A stretch of DNA of 55,117 nt, the filler included, from Basidioascus undulatus (Eukaryota), in the NCBI GenBank assembly GCA_000826855.1. It is 3 parts of 3 records of this genome, joined end to end, with 100 filler letters (N's around TTAATTAATTAA, not from the genome) between each part and the next. Parts side by side here need not be neighbours in the genome. Positions count along the whole stretch, not along the records: positions 18,437 to 36,735 come from JTLS01000473.1; positions 36,836 to 55,117 come from JTLS01000474.1; 1 more part is not named here. The stretch is one strand, 5' to 3'. This document shows positions 27,466 through 40,009 of the stretch, one piece after another. A program made the translations under genes and the position numbers. Positions within the stretch are counted from its first letter, which is position 1. Every line of letters begins with the position of its first letter. The notes under the pieces are model-generated. The model saw nothing but the letters and a program-made list of their open reading frames with translations, did no database searches and was not told where the DNA came from.

Positions 27466-30385
27466 ATGCTAGGCCTCTCGTTACTCACCATTGCGGTCTT
27501 AGCACAAAGCGCCGCGGGCAACTATAACGGTGCGAGCACCGGGATTCGTACATTCAGTCTCCGCACAACCGCACCGTTCACCCACAGTCCGTTTACCGCA
27601 TCGAGTGCGCCTTCCTCCTTCTCGAAGACATCCATCCTTTGCTCTTTACTGAGGCTCAAACTTCAGATGAAACGTCACTTTCCCCTCCGCCGGTTTACCC
27701 CACTTTCATCTGGCTTTCGGCACTCGCATTTGGGGCGTCAACTCAACACTCGTCCTCGATTTCGGGAAGCAGGTCGCCAGCCTCGTCTTGTTCTCCTTTG
27801 GGAGTTCTTCCGAGCCCGGGCAGAGCCTCGGCATGGCTTTCTCAGGGTCTGAGTACTTCATCGGTCGGGAGAGGTAAAGCCTTTCTTCCGCCTACAGACG
27901 CTAAGGTGAACCGGTGACTACACTGACACAGTTTTCTTCCTAAACAGCGATTACTCGCCCAGCTTCACCGGGCCGGACGGGGTCCTCTCGATCTCGGTGA
28001 ATGTCTCTGGCGACTATCAGACCTCCCCATGCGACTTCCGCGGGTCCTTCCACTTCCTCACCCTCTTCGCCGAGACGAACGGCACTATCGAGCTCTCCTC
28101 TGTACACGTGCAGTTCACCGCCTCGCCGAACCTCGCGGACGACGAGCTGCGCGACTACAATAGCTGGTGTAAGTTTCCACTCCTCTCTATCTTCGACATT
28201 ATATCTCTGACTCTGTTGGGATTCTCAGTCCACTCCGATGATCATCTTCTGAACCAGATTTTGTATGCCGGCGCGCACACGCTGCAGCTCTGCCAGATCG
28301 GGGCGCATCAAAGCCGCGCTCAGGCCTCGGACTTCCTCAACAACACGGTCGGCTGTAACTCGACCGCCGTCATGACTCCGCTCGAAGCGGACAAGATCGT
28401 GCTCGTTGACGGGGCGCGGCGTGACCGCACGCCGTGGGCCGGCGACTACAAGATTGCAATACCCGCCGCGTTCGTAGCTGCGAATAAGGACAACTTGGCC
28501 TCGTACGTTGGTTATACATATCACCAATATGGCTTTGCCCCTCACCTAGAGTTGAGTCTGCTGCTCACAGTGTCAATGACGGCCTGGAAACATTGGTTCT
28601 ACATCCAGAACGAGACGACCGGTCTGTTCCCGTATGCAGGTACGCCTTGGGTCTGATAATGGCAGCGAACCTGCATGCCGACAATGTTTCGCTTATTTGC
28701 AACCTTCAGGTCCGCCGATCAACGCTCCTCCGATCTCTATATCACGTATCATCTATGGACGCTCTTCGGCGTCCGCGATTATTACTTCTACTGGGGCGAC
28801 CTCGACTTTGTCGCTGCGCACTGGTCTGACTTCGCGAGAGGGGTAGATGCGGCACTCGATGTAAGATTAATTCTCGTGCCTTTGCCTTTGCTCTGCTGAA
28901 GAATAGTACTCTACAGGGTATCGACGACTCGGGACTGTACAACGTCACGGCCAACCTGCAGGCCGCGTGGGGCCGCCGCTACGGCGACGGACACAACATG
29001 GCGACGAATGCGCTAAATTACAGTGCCTTACTGGATGCGGTCGAGATCGCTAACACTCTCGATATGACCGAGACCGTGGAGCGTTGAGTCCGCACTGCCC
29101 AGGGCGTCAAAGCCGCAGTCAATTCGTTTTCTGGTGCGCAGATCTTCCAGACGTGCGGTGCTCACGCGAGGCGGTGGTCAACCTACACCTCAACTATTTG
29201 TCGTAGGGACGACACGGCGGGACTCTTCAAGGATAACGACACAGACGCTGGCGGTGCGCTCTTTCCTCAGGACGGAAACACGCTCGCCGTCCTGTTCAAC
29301 GTGACGGACTCGAACGACAAGACTACGCGGATCAGTCAAGGGTGAGACGATCTAAGTTTTCGGAGCTATAAATTCAGCCTTCTTAAACCTTATCCTTGTT
29401 CTAGGCTGCAGCAATCTTGGACGGAGTACGGCGCCGTCGCGTCGAGCCGGTTGGCCCATTGCCCCGTTCATTGGGGGACACGAATTGCAGGCTAATTTTC
29501 TGGCTGCTAAGTTAGGAGATTCTGAGTCAATATGCTGATGTTATTGGGTTCCAGGTAATACGGGTACTGCGATGCAACTGTTGCGGCGACAGTGGGGTTA
29601 CATGCTGAACGCGTTCTCGTAAGTCGTACCCGTTGTCGGGCATGCTTTACCTTGCTGGAGTTGAACTTCGAACATCGACAGCAACTCGACCGCTATTGAG
29701 GGATACTACCGAGACGGAACACTGCACTACCCCTTCTACGGCGGCAGTCGCTCCTATTCGCAAGCTTGCGAAGACAACCATTTCTGACCGTTGCCCTTTT
29801 CCGAACAAGTTAGTCTCGAAAGAGAATGGATCGCCAGTGCAGATTTCTGACTTTTTCATATCTCCCACGCGCACGCCTGGTCTGCTGAGCCGACCTTCAT
29901 CCTCCTCTTCGGCTTGCTCGGCCTGCGTCCAACCTCCGCCGACGGATCGACATGGCAGTTCCATCCGCACCTGGCGTCCTCCGGTGTCTTGACCGTGGTG
30001 GGTGGGTACAGCTCGGACCTTGACACATCGCCTCGTGGTCGCACCTTTCGGACGCATACTTCGAAGCCGTCTTTGAGGGGCCTGAAGGGTCGTCCGGGTC
30101 CGCGATCATCCCGCTGTTCGCCAACGCGACTCGCACCGTATTGGTGGACGGAGAGACCGTCTGGTCCGGTGGGAGGAGGCAATGGTTCATGGCCACAGGG
30201 TCAAGGTGGATCAGCTGGAAGGCGGCGTGCAGCATACTGTGCTCGTGCTGGGGACGAATGACTTCGGCGCGAACGCGGACCAGCAAACCGATCCTTCACG
30301 GCCATTCGAGGAACAGTACGCCAACAGTGGTGATGAATGGAAGTGCGTTACTTGCGTTGGACTCTTGCCTGCCTTTCCACGCTGA
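27466..30385 (+). pseudogene. Secreted alpha-L-rhamnosidase GH78, disrupted
   Basis: Signal peptide MLGLSLLTIAVLAQSAAG; FRGSFHFLTLF, FHSDDHLLNQILYAGAHTLQ, VLVDGARRDRTPWAGD, YHLWTL, FPQDGN, RRQWGYML, HAWSAEPT. In-frame TGA at 29085-29087 and a frameshift near 29445 (before IAPFIGGHELQA). Confidence 0.85.
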
Positions 30386-31999
30386 CTGAGGCGACGTACG
30401 TGTGCAGGGGGAAACGCGCAGCGCAGTGGTCGCTGAGGTTGACTATCAGGTCTTTTGTGCTACACGGCCGCCCCGTGCACATATATTGAATACAGTACAT
30501 GGCAAGGAAAAAATATCAGTAAACATTTTGCGTTATGTATCGAAGCCTGAAAGAAACCGGAGCTGTTCAACCCAAGGAAAAGAGCAGTGTCGTGAGAGGG
30601 TTGTAGGCTCTTGCTGAAGACAAGACGAGACGAGTAAGGACTTGCAGTTTGTACAAGGTGATATTTATTCAGGTCTTCGGATCAACTTGCGAGCACTTAA
30701 GTAGTGTTGCAGTGAGCGTTTGTGGACCTCTGAACCGCTGTTTGTACAGCTACGCGTGTGAATACGCATCTATGCATCTTTACATCATGGCCAGGGGTGA
30801 GAGATTTTTCTCATTTCTCCGCACAAACTTATCAATTCAGTACGGACCGTCCATCCTCCGCCCCGCGATAAAACAACTACCCGGTACAAGGGAAGTGCAG
30901 CTACGCATGAAGACAACCCCCGCCAGCACCGTCGTTGCTCACTCGTGCGCCCCCACTGAGTAATTGTCTGATATAATCTGGACCGAGTTGGGATTTAAAG
31001 TACATTTCAATTACACAGTTTTCTCCTGACTGTGCAGTACGGTGTGTCACCGTGCCGAAAGCGGTCTGGCAGGACCTTCCGCTGTTTATCGCAGGGCGTG
31101 CATCCTAGCAGAGCACTTGCCATTGACATGTCTCATCCGTTTCCATAAGAGTACCTGTCCCAATCATTTGGCGCGGTGGCGGCGGTGGTGGGTGGGGGAG
31201 TGGTCGCGTTTGGTGCGATGGGACTGGCCGGGTGAGCGCTTGTCGGCGAGGTCGACCAGAGCATGCTGGATGCTGAGCAGTTGGGGAAGGGACAGTGCTG
31301 CGCTGTGAGTCGTCGTCCTCCGTCCGCTCTCTACCCCGCCGTCTTTGGGCCCGGCTCTTACACACCTTTTGAATTGGACAGGGCTCGTCTACGGCGAGTC
31401 GCTTGCGGAGGAGGCGGGGCGGGCGGGTGCGCTGCGGGCGGATGCGCTGCTGAGAGGGCGGCGTGCATGAGTGGGAGGAGATGGGCATGGGCATGGGTGT
31501 GGCGGAGGGTGCCGTGGGTGCGGAGGAGGCGGGTGCGGAGGAGGTGGGTGTGGGGGCGGTGGGAGCTGAGGCGAGGACAGGGCGACGACTTCTCGCTCTC
31601 GTCCGCATCCTCTTACTTTTTAGAGTGGCTTAAGTATTGTCATATTCATGTGCATTTTGTTCAACCAGGTGTTGTGGTGCTGAAGCTGCCCTGTTACTCT
31701 CCTTGTGTACGTGGAAAAAGCGTCAGCATCCTCAGGCAAGCGCACATGATGCTGTTTCCGTGACCCTTACACAGACCACTACCTGTGATTCTTTACTTGT
31801 TAATTGATTACCTTATTCAGATGCTCTTGAACTTGGTCGAATAAAACATTTTAGACGGTACGGCGTGCATTTCCGCAGAACAATCACTGCATGGACATTC
31901 AGGCCCTCTCCTTGTCCCTCTACTCTATAGATGTCAAAACAAGGAACCTATATGAAAAGTTGGACCATAACAACGCGACGCAGGTCTTCAACTGGGCGT

Positions 32000-32977
32000 C
32001 TAGCACCCGTTGAGGATGTTTTCGAGAGCAGACTTCTCGGCGCTGTCGACAGCGAGGTCGTAGTAGTCCTTGACCTGGACCCTGTATCCCACCATAAGGA
32101 CATTCAGGAAATACCCCTTCCGCGGGAAAATGAGTCAAACTCACCAAGCGCGGGAGTAGGTGCAGTGGTACGAAGACAGCGGGGGGAGCCAGTTTGCAGG
32201 GTCGGCGTCACTTTTGTCCTGGTTCACGTTGTCGGTGACGGCAAGAAGCTGGGGACGAGTAACTGGAATGGATCAAGTGTTTTAGACTAATTAAGTATAT
32301 GTGTGTGAACAAGGAAGATGGTTAGACCTACGGTCGTTCGCAAACGCCTGGCGCTGCGAAGTCGTCCACTCGCTGGCGCCCGACTTCCAGGCCTCGGACA
32401 GGGGAACGAGGTCTGTTGTGGGCAAAGTTTCAAGGGGTAAGAATTTTGAACATGCATTTTTGAGTTGACATGGAGACCATCAAGACGCACGATCGATATC
32501 GACATCGCTGGCCGCCGTCCAGGTCGCGCCGTCGTAAGGGCTGTACCAGGAGCCAGACGTGGGGTCTGAAATGCATCAACAACACATTAGTATCACGATA
32601 GTGTAGGAGTTGTAGGGCCTCTGATTCAAATAAGGTCATGGACTCACAGCAGTCCGACCCGACTGAAACGCCGGAGCCGTCGCGCTTGAGGACGGTCTCG
32701 CGCGTAGAGCACTCGCCGGACTCGATCCAGTGTGGGAAGCTGTCCAGCCGCATGGATTGAGACAACAAGGACAAAACCTCATGAAAGTGTAGGATACGCA
32801 CAGGTCGCGGTTATAAGTGCCAGAGTTGGCCTCAGCCTTCACGGTGAGCCCAGCGAGGGCTGCGCGCGCCGCGGACGCGGAGATGGGCTCAGGGAGCGCA
32901 CGGGACTGGAGGGGCGCAGCGAGTGTGAGGGCTGGGAGCGCAGCGACGGCAAGTGTGAGGACAGTGGCGGAGAACAT
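32000..32977 (-). CDS. Secreted DUF1524 (HNH-like) putative nuclease, actinobacterial-type; multi-exon
   Basis: Signal MFSATVLTLAVAALPALTLA; YNRDLFPHW, CSTRETVLKRDG, SGSWYSPYDG, DIDHLVPLSEAWKSGA, RQAFAND, LLAVTDNVNQDKSD, WIQVKDYYDL, ending LENILNGC*. Confidence 0.88.
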
Positions 32978-33045
32978 GGTGTACTGGCGAATGGGAAGAG
33001 AGGTGAAGGTGGGTGGGTCACAGTAGGCGCAGCCGCGCAGCCGCC

Positions 33046-33052
33046 TTTTATG
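33046..33052 (-). promoter_or_regulatory. TATA-like element (CATAAAA) upstream of the DUF1524 gene
   Basis: Isolated AT-rich CATAAAAGG about 70 bp upstream of the ATG, in GC-rich context. Confidence 0.3.
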
Positions 33053-34722
33053 TGTCCCTCGCATGCCACGCGGGGCCCGGCACCGAGTCGCCTGTATCAT
33101 GCATCGCTTTGCAGAGACGGGGGTAGGAGACCTCAAACCCGGATTGAGCATCGAGAGCAGAAGTACCGGACAGCCTGAGGCGCTGTGATTAGTGAGAGCC
33201 CTGGGCACGCGCCGCTGCAAGTCGGCGGCCCGGCGATGCTGACATGAGAGCACTAGTTGTGCTAGTTGATTTTCGGTGCATGCTCGAGGAGGGGAAAATG
33301 ATTGGCACTGGGTGTTATCAAGATATATTGAAGAGTGCTGAACAGATCGTCGTGTTCTGCAGGATAAAGAGGTAAAGCAGTAGGGGCCGGGGGAGCATGA
33401 AGATCCATGTCGGCATTATGGGGGCGCCTACCGCTCCTCTGTACTGCTTTGGCCCAAGACAAGAGCAGTTCTCACTGCGGACATGAAAGCCGCACGTGCA
33501 TGCCACATCTAGATAGGTGGATTCAGGAATGTGCTCACTGCTGAGGACACGCTGGCCTTGGCAGATGGCCCTCCTGGAGCTGCATCAAAGATGTCCAACA
33601 CGCATTATTTTGCCTTGGTGGAGGACGCAAAACATCACAGCGCTGGACATCTGAGACTCTCGATACCATTGTAGCCGTTGGAGCGAGGTAAATGGACTCG
33701 GCAAGCAGAATGAGAACGTCTTCCCCTTTAAATGTGGCAGTTTACGTGCTGCGTGAATCCCTACCAGCATGTGCCTACTGGACTGCCTCCCTAAACTTGC
33801 TCAATGAAACATTTTTAAACGCCTATCGTCCTCTAAGTTATACCACGGGACGCTAACTGCCACTGAGTCGTGCATGACAATTGTGCGAGTTCGTGCGACG
33901 ATGCCTTCAAATCTTTTAATCAGGCCTGCCCGCAGGCTACACACGGGAAAAAGGAGGCATGACCGGGAGAAATGACCTCTAGGAACTTCCATACAATTCT
34001 ACATCAGTTCACATAAATTTGTCTATCCACGTTTCGTCTCTCAACCTGCGGCTAAGACGGCGCCTGGTTTCCTTCCGAAATGCAGATCGCTGCCGCCGAA
34101 TCTGTGTTACTACAGAACAAGCCTGTATCACAAGGCTGATGGGGGAGGTAAGGGGTTGAGAAATGTTAAAGCTTTGTATACCGACAGGCCACCTCCTCCA
34201 ATGGACGTTGCGTCCCGGATTTGTTCGACGACTACGCGACGCGTTTCAGGAGCTGCGGCACTTGCTCCACTTTCTTTTCGGCATCATCTGTTTTGGCCTG
34301 TTCTCATCTCTCCATTGTCCTCCACCGTCACGTCTAACACTGCGCTATGCTAACCCCATCGTACACATCTGCACAATTTCAACCGATCTACAACATCAAA
34401 CCTATCCTGCCATTCGACTTGGCCCTCGGCGTTCCCCAACCTGCTCCTCTTTACGCACACGCGTGGCCGCTCACTGAACTTTCGACCGATGCCCCAGCTT
34501 CATCAGTATATTTGTCGCCCTCCGAATCCTCTTCCGAACGAGTCTGGACAGCTATGACTAATGCCAGTTCTTGCTAGAATTGCTCGAGCACCTGCAACAC
34601 CGAAAGACCTCTTCCGCAGTATCGTCGTCCACGTTCCCAAAGATGAGCTCCAGGATATTCACCCTTTATACGACGAATACAAAGTTTAATTGTTGTGTGA
34701 TATGCTCTGACCCTCACAGGCT

Positions 34723-36097
34723 TTGCAGGAGAAGCTGCTGTCCCGCGTCGTTGCAGCGTTGGGTGGATGTCACATTACAGACGCAGTCGGGGAATCGGCT
34801 AGCAACGTTACCCACGTCCTCACCCCCGTTCCGGAACCTCGGGTGGGAAGATACGACACGGATATTGGCGCAGTATTACCGGCAGGTCTAGCTGTCCCGG
34901 TTGAGCTGGCTGTAATTGTACAGGTATTCTCACTGATTCGAGTCTCTTCACAGCTCCGGGATACTCTTGACCTCATGAACGCCAAATATGTCATTCCGCA
35001 ATGGTCAGATTTCCTTTGCGTGCCCAAACGTCGCTCTCAGCTCATCCAGAGGGACTCATTCAGGGTCACCGCATGCGCCATTGCGGGGGTTCTCCTTCCC
35101 GAGGAGCCTTTCCGCACCGACAAGAACCACGCACCGGTCCTCCTCATCAGGGAGGCCGAGCGATCGAATATGCGGTCGTTCTTCATCAACGCCTCCATCG
35201 GTGTCTCTCTGGAGCCCGACAACGAGCCTCGCAGTCGGTCTCCGAGTCCCCTGCGCAGCGGCGCTTCGTTCCTGCCCGTCTTCCTCGATCGATCACGTCA
35301 TATGGCAATATCGAGCACAAACTCGCTGCTAGCAGTCGCCTCCATCGCGCGCCGCTCAGGAATCGAGATTCGCGTGACCAACGCGGACGACTCGTTTGTG
35401 GACGCTCAAAGCTCGAGGCGCTCCTCCAGCCGCCCGCCGTCTGCGTAACGGAGAGTATGGCTAGTCCCGCGTAACTCACCCTAAGCAGAACACTTCATCC
35501 TAGAAAGTCGCATTCTCGGGGCAGGCGGCACGAAACCATCTTCCGGTGATCAACCTGGAGGGCCTCATAGTCGCGGTATTTGTCGGCGAGCTGCCCGCTC
35601 ACTTGATCTCACCGGCATGCCAGATCAGCCTGCCGTCTTGGCGGGCCTCGAATTCTGCCGCGGCGGGTTTTCGCCGGACTTGGAGAAGCTTCTCCGGCAC
35701 ACCGTGGAGTCTCTGGGAAGCCGGTGAGTGAGCCCACCTGTCCTGTTAAACGGTCTGAATCGTGACCATTGTCCCTTTACAGCTTGTTGAGTGCGCCCTG
35801 GCTCCTTTCGACCCCATTCGTGGTCGCTACTCGGAGGAGATCGAAGCAGACGCTGCCGCATCGGGCCGCTATGCCGCCTCGACGAAGATCTCAATCGACT
35901 GGCTTGCCGCCTGCGCCCGGGCCGGTTATCGCGTTCCCTTCGACGACTTCCCTCCGAAGCCGCTCGATCTCAGCGACATAGCTCTGTTCGAGTACAACTC
36001 AACGGACGTCGAGACGAGGGAAGGGCTTCCCTGGAGATTGCGAGCTTCCAAGGAGGGCGAAGACTCACCACGCATCTGGGTCACTGCACACTTGTGA
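34723..36097 (+). CDS. Multi-BRCT-domain protein, divergent and possibly decaying; start uncertain
   Basis: LLSRVVAALGG...NVTHVL...KYVIPQW|VTACAIAGVLLPEEPF and KISIDWLAACARAGYRVPFDDF are two BRCT-type signatures (GG, THvl, W-x3-C, then P.xxF). Confidence 0.6.
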
Positions 36098-36571
36098 ACA
36101 GCACGAACGGGGAGATCGTTCGTACAACTCACGCAAGAAACACGACAATGCAATAAATGCAAAATGTGAAGCGGCGCACGAAAAACCATCAACCAGAAAG
36201 AGAAAAGAAGAAAACCGAAAGAAATCGAGCTGCGAGCCGGCGTGCTAGGAGGAACGGACGAGCAATAGCAACACTAAAGACGATGTGAAGCTGAAAGACG
36301 GGAAGTAGGATGAACAGTAGGGTATGTGATGTGATTGCAGCTGATGGGACATATGGCCAACATAAGAGACCAGATGCGAGAGTGGAGAGCGGGAAAAGAG
36401 GAAAGATGCGAGTATGCTAGACGCGATGGCGATGGAAGATCAGACGATGACATGTGCAAGGTGAAGAACGTGATGATAGCAGTGTCCAGGAGAGTCCGAG
36501 TCCAGAAAGTCTGTTTAAGTCTGAGAGTCCGAAGAAGAAGAGAAGAAGGGATGAGAAGACGTGGTGACGGC

Positions 36572-36735
36572 TCAGCGACCGCCGCCGCCGAGCTGCCCGC
36601 TCCGGCTGCGGCGCCGCTCGTGGTCGATGCCGCTCATCCTCCGCGAGCCCAGTTGGTCCCCGCTCCTCCTCCGCTCCCTCTCCCTCTCCCCACCGGCGCC
36701 CACCTGCGCCTGGTACGCCTGCCACTCGGAGACCT
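36572..36735 (-). CDS. C-terminal fragment of an unknown gene cut by the gap
   Basis: Open GC-rich frame VSEWQAYQAQVGAGGERERERRRSGDQLGSRRMSGIDHERRRSRSGQLGGGGR*, followed by a CT-rich 3' region. Confidence 0.5.
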
Positions 36736-36835
36736 NNNNNNNNNNNNNNNNNNNNNNNNNNNNNNNNNNNNNNNNNNNNTTAATTAATTAANNNNNNNNN
36801 NNNNNNNNNNNNNNNNNNNNNNNNNNNNNNNNNNN
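36736..36835. other. Assembly gap or contig linker (N-run + TTAATTAATTAA + N-run)
   Basis: Same artificial linker as at 18337. Confidence 0.97.
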
Positions 36836-39800
36836 CGGCCGCGGGCTGGGGGTGAAGCTCGGGCTCGGGCTGGGGCTCGGGGAGGGGGTGCTTGCGCGGG
36901 CGACCCGGCCTGCGCTTCACCGTCGGCGCGGCTGAGGTAGAGGCGGAAGCGGCAGAAGAGGCCGTAGCGGCGTGACGAGTCCTCTTGGCGGGGGGTGGGC
37001 CATCCTCCTCGCCCACGCCATCCTCGTCCTCGCCCTCCCCGTCCTCCTCAAAGTCGTCCTCGTCCGGCTCGGCGTAGCTCGGCCGCGCCTTCCTACGAGT
37101 GGAGACCCTCGGCTGGGGACGGGAAGGGCGCGCGGCGCCGTCCTGTGCGTCCTCAGGCTCAGCCTCGCCCTCCGCGTCGTCGGGCTCGACAGGCGGCTCC
37201 AGGTCGTCGTCCTCGTCCTCGTCGTCCGAGTCAGCCGCCCGCACTCTGCTGCCGCGCCGGCCGCCCCTCCCACGCCCGCGTCCGCGTCCGCGCCCGGTGC
37301 CGGTGGACCGACGCCTGCCCGACGCAGAAGTACCCGCGGCGTCTTCGCCGTCTTCGGGCTTGGGAAGGCCCTGCAGGACGCGCCGGCCGTTCGGGCCGAG
37401 CGTGCGGTCGATGCGCGGGCGCTTGCGCTTGATCCCATTCTTGAGCTGGTGGTAGCGGCGGAGACACTGTTCGCGAGTCCGAGCAAGTGTCAGGACACAG
37501 GCCGAGGGAAAAGTACGAAGTAAGCCAGGTATCAAACGAGCCGACGCACCATGTTGTCGTTGCGGTTGTTGCCGACGATCTTCGCGATCTCCGGGAAGCT
37601 CTTGTTGTGAATGTCCCTTCCCTCGAGGACGATCTTGTCCTCCTACCACCCAAACCGGAAGCGCATCAGTGTCCATCCTTCCCCACCTCACCGTTCATTG
37701 TATCTCTCAACGCACCTCCGGCGTAAAGTCCTCAAAGTTGAGATTCGGGTCGATGCGCGCGACCCATCGCTCGCGGCACTGCGCTGCGGTGCGCCCCGGC
37801 ACGCGTGCCGCGACGTCCGGCCACGAGCTCGCGCCGAGCGCGGCGACGGCCGTGCGGAGGACCTCGTCCTCGTCTGCGGTCCAGCGCGAGCGCGTAATGG
37901 ACGGGTCGAGGTGGTTCTTGTACCGGAGGGCGCAGGCGCCGGCTGGGCGGGCGGGGGTGAAGGTGAGGGCCACTGATGGGAGGGAGGAAGAACGTCAGTA
38001 TATGTTTTGATGAGGGTAAGGGAGGTTAAGGGCGTGGTATAGGATGGGACGGGGACGGACCAGCTCCCCAGTTTCGCCCGTGGATCTTGACCGCCGCGCG
38101 GAGCTGCTTGTCGGCCTCCTCGTCCCACTCGTTGCGCTCGCGGTTGACCGTCTTGCGGTGCTGCCTGAAGCACTGCCACGGCGTGCGACCGTTCTGTTGT
38201 CCACATGAACACCGCATTCAACATTCCTCTCCGTTCCCCAAGTCTCGTTCCTGAGTCAACGAAAGACCAACGCACCCCAACAGCAGCCGCAACCTCCTCC
38301 CACGCCCTAAACCCGTGGCGGAGCGGGCGCTCATCCTCCTCCTGTCCCTCCTGCTCCTCCTGCTCTTCCCCCTCTGAAGCCGGCGCCGGCGCCTCGCGCA
38401 GCTTCTCCACGGCCGCCGCGAGGCGCTCGTTCTCGTCCTTGGTCCACTTGTCCGCGGTGTTGACGCCCGGCGCGGTGTGGTACACCCAGTTGATGCGCGC
38501 GTCCAGGGCAGTGCGCGTCGTCGGGCCGAGCTAATAATAGGGGGTTAAGAAAGTGTGTCAGAGTTGCAGATCGGTGTGGGCTTGAGGCAGACGGAGGATG
38601 GGATGGGGAAGGGAGACGAGGGTGACAAACCTGCTCTGCGATGCGCTCCCAGTTCATCTGGTCCGGGTCCACGCTCTGCTCGAACCAGTCGTCGTCCTTC
38701 GCAGCGATCTCGGCGAAGAGGTCCAGACCACTACGTCGCCTCAGTGTCAGCTAGGCCGGAGATGCGTTGGAGATGCTGGATGTAGGAAGAGAGGAGGGAG
38801 AGGAGGAAGACGCACGCGGCGGTGCACTCGAGCGCGAACATGCGCTTTCGCTCTGCGCGGACGACGGAGCGCAGGTTGAGCGTCTCGGGCTTGGACCCTG
38901 AGAACCCACGCCCGTCAGCTTTCGGTTACGAAAGGAGATGAACTGGGGAAGAAGGAAGACGCACAAGGGTGCGGGCGCGTCAGGTCGACGAACCGGTTCC
39001 GCATGTCGGCGTCTTCGAAAAGCTGGGAGGTCTGCTTTGAACCGCATTTCCGAGTCAGCCACAGCGCGCCTTAAATGACAGCATTAAAGCTCACCGAGTC
39101 GAACAGCTTCGGGTACAGCGGGAGCGCCCAGTTCTTGCTTCCCTCCGCCATCAGGCGCGGCTTGTTCGAGTACACGAGCCCGTCTTGCAGGCGCGTCAGA
39201 GTCTCCTGCAACAACACGCACGGGCGGTACATTAGCGTCCATCAATAGTTCGTAAAGCAAGTCCTGGCGCACCTTGACGCTGTCCAGCAATCCCTTGGCG
39301 GTCGTGAGCCCCTTGAGAGCAGCAACGAGCCGCTCGCGGTGCGCCTGGTTGGCCGCGAGCGCCGCGGCCGGCGTGGACAGATGCGGGACAGACACGGGTG
39401 CGGACGCGGACGCGGACGTGGAGCCGCTCGGGCTCGGGAGCGCGGCGGCTGCATGCGTCGCGGCGAAGAGGAGGTCGGTGAGGGTGGGGGTGGCTGTGGG
39501 CGGGGAGTCAGTGGTGAAGGCGGAGAGCGATGCGAGAGAGAAGACAGACCTTGGGGCTGGTGAGGCGGCGGGGAGGAGGAGGGGACGACTTCTGCTCGGG
39601 CGCACCAGGGTGGGGCTCAGTGGATGCGGATGGGATGAAAGAGGGGGGAGAGGAGAGAAACACACCTTCGCTGAACTTCTTGTCTGCCCACTTCTGGCTG
39701 AGCGACCGGCGCTCGCCGCGCCGGGGCCGCGGCGGGGGCGGCCAGAATGGGGACTCCCTGCTCAACACGTCGCACACACGTCTCCTTCAGCTCACCTCCC

Positions 39801-40009
39801 CCCTCGTCTGAGGAAACAAGCCAGACTCGGAGGACGCACTCTTCAATCGGCCCGCTCGACAGGTCCGCCGGTGCGCTCAAGCGCGGCATCTTCGCCTTGG
39901 CCTTCCCCTTATCCGCGTCCCCGGCAGACGCGCGCGTGCGCTTCTTTGAAGGCGCGCCGCCCGTGGCGTTGAGGGTCTCGCGTAGGGGGGCGGATGGGCG
40001 TGCGGACAT
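36836..40009 (-). CDS. Multi-repeat Myb/SANT protein (SNAPC4/SNAP190-like) with C-terminal AT-hook; 3' end in the gap
   Basis: About 4.5 Myb repeats: NWERIAEQ..W, KWTKDENERL..WEEVA..RTPWQC, EWDEEADKQL..NWGAVA, RWTADEDEVL..SWPDVAARVPGRTAAQCRERW, DFTPEEDKIVL. AT-hook KRRPGRPRK. Confidence 0.85.

Noticed and set aside
31400..31610. GGGTGCGGAGGAGG tandem units giving a Pro/Ser/Ala-rich ORF
   Set aside because: Low-complexity sequence with only about two copies. It is not CRISPR-like and has no recognisable gene context.
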